From Pedosphaera sp. (GTDB lineage Bacteria > Verrucomicrobiota > Verrucomicrobiia > Limisphaerales > SIBH01): 22,668 nt of DNA. Below the pieces are notes generated by a model. That model was given only the letters and a program-made list of their open reading frames with translations. It had not been told where the DNA came from and ran no database searches. Positions within the stretch are counted from its first letter, which is position 1, and the number at the start of each line of letters is the position of its first letter. Position numbers and translations under genes: made by a program. Of the stretch, positions 16,971 through 22,668 are shown in pieces. The stretch lies in NCBI GenBank assembly GCA_031414955.1, contig JANOQV010000296.1, positions 1-22,668 of the forward strand. Direction: 5' to 3'.

Positions 16971-17180
16971 CCCAATTTCAGGAGCCCAATTGCGGAGCGA
17001 TTCCGTCAGCGCACCAGGCCGGTGATTGGACCCTCTTCCATTACTTTCCGTCTCGCCGAGGGCGGGAGGGGCGGGTTTGGAACGACCCAAGCGAGCCGGC
17101 GATTCCGGCCGGCGGAATCAGCGGCGCAGGTCATGATCCTTGCAGCTTGAAGGTCCAAGACCGGACTTTCCGCCCGGCCG

Positions 17181-18353
17181 CTAGACCAGGAACCGCAGAT
17201 CCCCTTCCAGCCAAACGCCCCGGACACGGAAGTGATCGTCGAACCACACCAGGTCGGCCAGCTTTCCTGGCTCGATTGAACCCAATTCGTGCTCGCGCCC
17301 GAGTTGCCGTGCGGGATTGAGCGCGGCCATGCGCACGGCATCCACGAGCGAGGCTCCGGCCAGTTGCACGCTGCGGCGCACCGCTTCGATCATGGTCAAA
17401 GTGCTGCCAGCCAGCGCGGTGCCGTCGGCGGTCAAGGCGGCGTCCTTCGTCACGCGCGCGGACACGCCGCCGACTTCGAAGTTCGTGCCCGGCTTCAAGC
17501 CGGCCCCGCCCGTGGCATCGGTGATCAGGCACACGCCGTCGCGGCCCTTGGCGTTGAAGAGCATCTTCATCAAGGTGGGCGCGACATGGACGCCATCGGC
17601 AATCAACTCGCAGCAGATTTCGCGGTGGGCCAGGGCGAACTCCACCATGCCGGCCACGCGGTAAGGGCCGCGCTTGGACGCCGTGCTCATGCAATTGAAG
17701 GTGTGCGTGGCGTGGTTCAATCCGGCGGCGAGCGCGGGGCGAAGGTGCGCTTCAGTCGCGTTGGTGTGTCCGCCGCTGGCGATGACGCCGTGCTGGCGCA
17801 GGGCGCGAATCAACGGCCTCGCGCCGTCGGTCTCCGGCGCGAGGGTCATCTCGCTCACCAACCGGCCGAAGCGAAGATACTTCTGCCACTCGGCGGGGCG
17901 GGGCGGGCGAATCTGCTTCGGGTTCTGCGCGCCCGGTTTCTCGGGCGAGATGAACGGCCCCTCGATGTGAACGCCGACCACGCGCGCGCCGCCCAAAGAT
18001 TTATCATGCCAGGGCCGGGCCGCTTCGAGCACGCGGAGGATTTCCGCCTCCGCCGCCGTGACGGTGGTGAGGGTCATGGAAGTCGTGCCGCCACACAGAT
18101 GGAATTCCGTGATGGCGCGAAAGGCCTCGGGTGTGGCTTCCATCGTATCGCGGCCCAAGCCGCCATGGACGTGCAAGTCGATTAATCCCGGGGCGAGATA
18201 ACCGCCGCGCAAGTCCAGCGGGCCGGGCCGGAGACCGGCGCTGCGCCGACCCGGACGCGCCGGGGCCACCTGCACAATGCGTCCGGCCCGCACGGAGACC
18301 GAGCCGGGCACCACGGCCTCGGGCAGAATCAATCGGGCATTGGTGAAGGTCAT
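17181..18353 (-). CDS. nagA: N-acetylglucosamine-6-phosphate deacetylase (390 aa)
   Basis: PGLIDLHVHG, GVHIEGPFIS, TLAPE, GHTNAT, THTFNCM, IADGVHV, LITDA, LAGSTLTM, NPARQLG. Start at ATG 18353. Confidence 0.95.
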   Translation of the reverse strand: MTFTNARLILPEAVVPGSVSVRAGRIVQVAPARPGRRSAGLRPGPLDLRGGYLAPGLIDLHVHGGLGRDTMEATPEAFRAITEFHLCGGTTSMTLTTVTAAEAEILRVLEAARPWHDKSLGGARVVGVHIEGPFISPEKPGAQNPKQIRPPRPAEWQKYLRFGRLVSEMTLAPETDGARPLIRALRQHGVIASGGHTNATEAHLRPALAAGLNHATHTFNCMSTASKRGPYRVAGMVEFALAHREICCELIADGVHVAPTLMKMLFNAKGRDGVCLITDATGGAGLKPGTNFEVGGVSARVTKDAALTADGTALAGSTLTMIEAVRRSVQLAGASLVDAVRMAALNPARQLGREHELGSIEPGKLADLVWFDDHFRVRGVWLEGDLRFLV

Positions 18354-18364
18354 GGGCGAGGCGG

Positions 18365-19498
18365 CTAGGGTTGCTTTTTCAACGAGAACAAATACTCCAC
18401 CAGATCCACCAACTCCTGCGTGGACATGGTCTGTTGCAGGCCGGTCGGCATGATGGAGATCTTGCTCTGCTCCCGAGAGGCGACCTCGGATTGCTGGTAG
18501 CGCGTCACGAGGCCGTTGATGTCCTTGATCGCGATTTCCACCGTGGTCTCGCTGGCCTTCAATCCGTAGGCGTCGTCGCCGGACTTGAGTTGCACCTGCC
18601 AGGCCTCGAAGCCCATTGAGATGCCGGCGCTTGGATCGAGAATCGCCTCGAACAGCGCCTCCTTGGGCAGCTTGGAGCCGATCTCCGAAAGGGCGGGGCC
18701 CACGTCGCGTCCTTCGCCGCGCACTTGGTGACATTTGATGCAGCCCACATTCTCTCGCCGGTAAATCGCCGCTCCCTGGGCTGCGTCACCGGACCGCTTG
18801 ACCAGTTCAGCCAGGGGCGGCAGCGGCTGGGCGTTTTGTCCGGCGGGCAAGGGCAGAACTTGCGCGGCGGCGGCTTTGATCTCCGGCCAGCGCACGGCGT
18901 GCAACACGGAGGCGGCAAGAAACTTCAGGTTGTCCGGCAGCTTGTCCTGCTTCGCGAGGGCGAGCAACGCCGCGGCCCCCGCCTGCGTCTGCGCCAGCGC
19001 CGCCACGGCCGCACGCCGCACGGCGGGAGGACGTTGCTCGTCCGTGACCAGAGGTTCGAGCACGGGAACAGTCTGCTTGTCCTGGGCATGGCCAAGCACC
19101 TCGACCACTCGGGCCGCGCTCCCGGAGTCCATGGTCTGCAAGGCTTTTTCGATGGACGGCACATCCTTGGCGGCCAGCACCAGCCGCACCGCCGCCACAC
19201 CGCTGTCGTTTCCGGGATTGTTGACCGCTACTTCGATGAGTCCGGCATTCTGGTTGGTGAGATGGAAGTGCTCGACCAGTTTCACAAAGGCAACGGTGCC
19301 TCGTGTCTTGGCCAGCACACGCTCCACGGCCGCTTTCATGGCGGGCTTCTCCTCGAGATTCACGTTCTCCAGTCGCGTGAGAGCCTCGACAGCGGTCTTG
19401 ATTTTCTCCTGCTCCTCGGCGTCGGCGGCCTGCGCACAGTTCACCCACCGCCCGCAAAGCAGCACGCAAGATAAAGCCATTCCAATCCAACGCATCAT
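18365..19498 (-). CDS. Secreted HEAT-repeat protein with a PVC-type c-haem domain
   Basis: Signal peptide, helical HEAT-like repeats, GDAAQGAAIY...CIKCH...VGPALSEIG...AILDPSA...SIMPTGL...DLVEYL. Confidence 0.88.
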   Translation of the reverse strand: MMRWIGMALSCVLLCGRWVNCAQAADAEEQEKIKTAVEALTRLENVNLEEKPAMKAAVERVLAKTRGTVAFVKLVEHFHLTNQNAGLIEVAVNNPGNDSGVAAVRLVLAAKDVPSIEKALQTMDSGSAARVVEVLGHAQDKQTVPVLEPLVTDEQRPPAVRRAAVAALAQTQAGAAALLALAKQDKLPDNLKFLAASVLHAVRWPEIKAAAAQVLPLPAGQNAQPLPPLAELVKRSGDAAQGAAIYRRENVGCIKCHQVRGEGRDVGPALSEIGSKLPKEALFEAILDPSAGISMGFEAWQVQLKSGDDAYGLKASETTVEIAIKDINGLVTRYQQSEVASREQSKISIMPTGLQQTMSTQELVDLVEYLFSLKKQP

Positions 19499-19617
19499 AG
19501 GTGGAATGTTTCCGAAGCCCCGCCTGAACTCAAGCGGTGAACGAAAGAGGGGGGGGGTGAAGGGGCGCACATCAAGAACCCCATCCTCTGGAAGAAGTTG
19601 AACTACGACACTGGAAA

Positions 19618-19648
19618 GTAGCGAGACTTTCGAGTCTCGCGTTGGTGG
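19618..19648 (-). terminator. Hairpin downstream of the ABC-F gene (also a GTAG-type REP on the + strand)
   Basis: Perfect stem GCGAGACT-TTCG-AGTCTCGC (19621-19640) preceded by GTAG. On the minus strand it is followed only by a weak TACTTT tract. Confidence 0.5.
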
Positions 19649-19669
19649 GAACAGGCCGGAGCGCAGCCC

Positions 19670-21280
19670 TCACGCCGCCGTGAGCGCGGCGCGCGCGTCA
19701 TCGGCTGTGCCGGTCTTCTCCAGGAAATACTCATAGCCGCCCACATACGGCGTCACCTGGCCGGCGTTGACGTGCAGCACCTTGGTCGCGAGGTGACGGA
19801 TGAAATGCACATCGTGCGAGATGAAGACCAGCGTGCCTTCGTAACGCTCCAACGCCAGGGTCAGCGACTCCACGGTGTGAATGTCGAGATGCGTGGTCGG
19901 CTCATCCATCAAGAGCAAGTTCGGCGGATCGACGAGGAACTTCACTAGATTAAGCCGGCTTTTCTCGCCGCCGCTCAGGATGGCGGTCTTCTTGAAAATG
20001 TCGTCCTTGCGGAACATGAACGAGCCGAGCACCGCGCGGGCTTCGTCCTCACGCATGGCCGGGGCGCTGGCCAGAACTTCGTCGAGCACGGACCGCTCCG
20101 GGTTGAGCGTGTCGGCGCGATGCTGGCTGAAGTAACCGATCTTCGCGTTGTGGCCGAGGTCACGCTCGCCCTTTTGAAACTGAACCACGCCCGCCAGAAT
20201 TTTCAGCAGGGTGGACTTGCCCGCGCCGTTGGGCCCGACCAGCACGGTGCGCTCGCCCCGTTCGATGGTCAGTCCGAGACCGGAATACACCTGGTTCGTC
20301 CCGTAGGCCATGTGAATGTCCTCCAGGGACACGGCCCGCTGCCCGCCGCGCGGTGGGGGTGGAATCTGAAAACGGAACGGCTTGCGCGGGGCCATGGGCT
20401 TCTCGATCTGTTCCATGCGTTCGATCTGCTTGAGCTTGCTCATGGCCTGCGAAGCCTTGGAGGGAACGGCGCGGAAGCGATCGGCAAATTGCTGGAGGGC
20501 GGAGATTTCCTTCTGCTGGTTGTTGTAGGCGGCCAGTTGCTGCTCGTAACGCTCCTCGCGCTGGCGCAGGTAGTCGGTGTAATTGCCCGTGAAGTCGTTC
20601 ACCTTCCGCTCTGAGATTTCATGCACCTGCGTCACCACTTCGTCCATGAACTGGCGGTCATGTGAAATGAGCAGCAGCGCGCCGGAATAATTCTTCAGGT
20701 AGTTTTGCAGCCAGAGCAATGAGATCAGATCCAGATGATTGGTCGGCTCGTCCAAGAGCAAGAGATCCGGTTCCATGACCAGCAATCGCGCCAGCCGTGC
20801 GCGCATGATCCAGCCGCCGCTCATCTCGCGCGCCTTGCGGTCGAAATCCGTCTCGCGATATCCAAGGCCGCGCAAAATTCGTTTGGCCTTCGTCTCCACC
20901 TGCGGGTCGTTCAGCGCGTCGTGCTTGGCGTGCGCTTCGAGATATTCGGGGCTGGAGACATCACCGGCCTTCTCCAACTCATGCAGGCGCTTCTCCAACC
21001 GCGGCAGTTCATCCACGCGGCCCGTGGCTACTTCGAGAATTGTCTCCTCGCCGTGGGCCTCGGCCTCCTGCGGGAGATGCCCGACCATGGTCCACTCGTC
21101 GCGCTGGACCGTGCCCGAGTCCGGCTCCTTCTGCTTGAGAATAATGGAGAACAGCGTGGTCTTGCCCGCGCCGTTGGGCCCGACCAGCGCGACGCGGTCG
21201 CCGTAATTCACCCCGAAGGACGCGCCTTCAAACAGCACGCGCCCGCCCAGGGACATCTTCAAATCTCGAATGATGAGCAT
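19670..21280 (-). CDS. ABC-F family ribosome-associated ATPase (536 aa)
   Basis: Two NBDs (GPNGAGKTT/MSGGW/LLLLDEPTNHLD and GPNGAGKST/LSGGEK/LLLMDEPTTHLD), helical linker after GNYTDY, no TM segments. Start at ATG 21280. Confidence 0.95.
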   Translation of the reverse strand: MLIIRDLKMSLGGRVLFEGASFGVNYGDRVALVGPNGAGKTTLFSIILKQKEPDSGTVQRDEWTMVGHLPQEAEAHGEETILEVATGRVDELPRLEKRLHELEKAGDVSSPEYLEAHAKHDALNDPQVETKAKRILRGLGYRETDFDRKAREMSGGWIMRARLARLLVMEPDLLLLDEPTNHLDLISLLWLQNYLKNYSGALLLISHDRQFMDEVVTQVHEISERKVNDFTGNYTDYLRQREERYEQQLAAYNNQQKEISALQQFADRFRAVPSKASQAMSKLKQIERMEQIEKPMAPRKPFRFQIPPPPRGGQRAVSLEDIHMAYGTNQVYSGLGLTIERGERTVLVGPNGAGKSTLLKILAGVVQFQKGERDLGHNAKIGYFSQHRADTLNPERSVLDEVLASAPAMREDEARAVLGSFMFRKDDIFKKTAILSGGEKSRLNLVKFLVDPPNLLLMDEPTTHLDIHTVESLTLALERYEGTLVFISHDVHFIRHLATKVLHVNAGQVTPYVGGYEYFLEKTGTADDARAALTAA

Positions 21281-21580
21281 GAAATAATAGTGGCCGCCGA
21301 CGGAAGACCGCCGCTCTACAGAGCGCCTGTAACCTTGCCCTCCGCACGAGCCGGAGCATTGGATTTGCCCGCGGCGACGAGCGGCAGAGCGTAGGCAAGG
21401 ATCGCCCGGCGTCAATGCGCCATTTGCGGCAGGGTGCGTTTGAAAGTGGCGGGCCGGAAGCCGTCGGGCCGGAGTGCGCCCGCCACGATCAATCCCACCC
21501 TTTGCGGCCGGGCCGGGGCGATGACGAGCCACCCAACGCAGCCACGAAGGAGGACGCAAAGGCATTCGTCCATCAGCGCC

Positions 21581-21606
21581 CAATCTCCGGGGCACAGGGA
21601 CGGACG
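21581..21606 (+). repeat. 26-bp direct repeat, left copy
   Basis: CAATCTCCGGGGCACAGGGACGGACG, 25/26 identical to 22504-22529. Confidence 0.85.
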
Positions 21607-21706
21607 CGCGCGCCCCACGTTCGAGGGCTTTCAGTTTGGGGCCAAAACCAAATGCCGGGCGAAGGATGGTCGATGGCGAGGGCCGACCCCACACCGGCCA
21701 GCGTCA

Positions 21707-21748
21707 TTGACACCGGTGGGCATCGTGAGACATATTCGTATCACGATG
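21707..21748 (+). promoter_or_regulatory. Sigma70-type promoter and palindromic operator of the TA operon
   Basis: TTGACA (21707-21712), 18 nt, CATATT (21731-21736). Inverted repeat CATCGTGA-N12-TCACGATG (21721-21748) spans the -10 and the ATG. Confidence 0.7.
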
Positions 21749-22003
21749 AAAACCGCGACCGTCCGTGACCTTCGCAACAACTTCGCCCGCCTCAGCGCGT
21801 GGATCGGGGAAGGGCAATCCGTGGAAATCACCAAGGGCGGCAAAGCCTTTGCCCGGCTGGTGCCGGCCAGTGAAGGCAAGCCGCGCAAGCTGGTGAAAGT
21901 CGATTTCGCCAAGCAACTTCGCAAGACGTGGGGCAGCCGCGTCTTTGGCGCGGCGGAAGTGACGGAGATGCGCGCGGCGGAACTGGAAGGCGAGCAAGGA
22001 TGA
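21746..22003 (+). CDS. Phd/YefM-family antitoxin (85 aa)
   Basis: MKTATVRDLRNNF...GQSVEITKGGKAFARLVP. ATGA overlap with the PIN toxin. Confidence 0.9.
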   Translation: MKTATVRDLRNNFARLSAWIGEGQSVEITKGGKAFARLVPASEGKPRKLVKVDFAKQLRKTWGSRVFGAAEVTEMRAAELEGEQG

Positions 22004-22452
22004 CGGCTTTCCCGGACACGTCCTTTCTCTTTGCGCTCTATCGCGCGCAGGACAACTCGGCCGCAGCACGAAAATACTACGATGCCATGAGTGAGCCGCT
22101 GACCATTTCCGGTTTGCTCGCTTTCGAGTTTCGGCAGTCCATGCGTTTCCAAGCATGGTTGCACGCGCAGGAGGCCAAGAAAGGCGTCCCGACCAAGGAA
22201 GCGGAACAATCCCTCTCCGATCTGGAGGCCAACCTCGCCAGCGGCGCGCTCGAAATGGCGACGGTGGATTGGGCGGACGTGCATCGCCTCGCTGAACGGC
22301 TCTCCGCCACCTACACCAAATCCAACGGCCATCGGGCCATTGACGTTCTCCATGTTGCCACCGCGATCCATCTCGGCGCGGAACAACTGCTCACCTTCGA
22401 CGCCAACCAGCGCAAGCTGGCGATGGCGGAAGGCTTGAAAGTGAAGCCGTAA
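22000..22452 (+). CDS. vapC: VapC-family PIN-domain toxin (150 aa)
   Basis: PDTSFL, LAFEF, RAIDVLHVATA, LLTFDANQRKLA: the conserved acidic PIN residues are present. Confidence 0.92.
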   Translation: MTAFPDTSFLFALYRAQDNSAAARKYYDAMSEPLTISGLLAFEFRQSMRFQAWLHAQEAKKGVPTKEAEQSLSDLEANLASGALEMATVDWADVHRLAERLSATYTKSNGHRAIDVLHVATAIHLGAEQLLTFDANQRKLAMAEGLKVKP

Positions 22453-22503
22453 AACGGAGCGCCGCGTCCCTCCGGGACGAAAGCCGGGGCTTCGCTCCGC
22501 TCT

Positions 22504-22529
22504 CAATCTCCGGGGAACAGGGACGGACG
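22504..22529 (+). repeat. 26-bp direct repeat, right copy
   Basis: CAATCTCCGGGGAACAGGGACGGACG, 25/26 identical to 21581-21606. Confidence 0.85.
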
Positions 22530-22668
22530 GCGATGGGTGGCACGGGCTACCAGCCAATAGTGTTCGGCATCGCTGGGCGGGAGGTCGCGTCACCCGTTCG
22601 CGATCTCGTTGTCACACGGTTGTCACTGGTACGATCGTCCGCCTTCTGTTTTCCTCTGGGGCGTGGCT

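Noticed and set aside
16971..17180. ncRNA between convergent nifS and nagA
   Set aside because: Only short hairpins (e.g. GATTCCG-N5-CGGAATC at 17101-17119), consistent with termination or decayed repeats. No recognisable RNA family.
19670..21280. Antibiotic-resistance ABC-F
   Set aside because: Nothing visible separates it from housekeeping ABC-F proteins. A subfamily HMM search would be needed.

Overview
GC-rich bacterial chromosomal window, probably Verrucomicrobia/PVC (inferred from the PVC-type CxxCH haem domain, the repeat styles and SD-less starts). Housekeeping-type genes: S46 dipeptidyl peptidase plus OPT transporter, CDF transporter, cysteine desulfurase, nagA, HEAT/cytochrome c protein, ABC-F ATPase and a Phd/VapC toxin-antitoxin pair. 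The centre (6.7-15.4 kb, minus strand) is an ECF42-type sigma factor locus. It has two DGPF/YCII genes (one frameshifted) and an operon for a cytoplasmic Asp-box beta-propeller, a GG-ending ubiquitin-like protein, SRPBCC, DoxX and DUF1428 proteins. Two matching TGTC-N17-TTCGT(C/T) promoters sit in front of these two units. The non-coding DNA holds several things the ORF track misses: two ~190-bp elements with ISAs1-type CAGGG ends and heptamer-repeat hairpin interiors (one with a perfect 10-bp target duplication, one apparently replacing a PhnB/VOC gene), an orphan integron cassette with a decayed attC, a CHASE2/TonB-receptor deletion scar, 26-bp direct repeats bracketing the TA module, and GTAG-type REP hairpins. 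All family calls come from motif recognition by eye, not from database searches.
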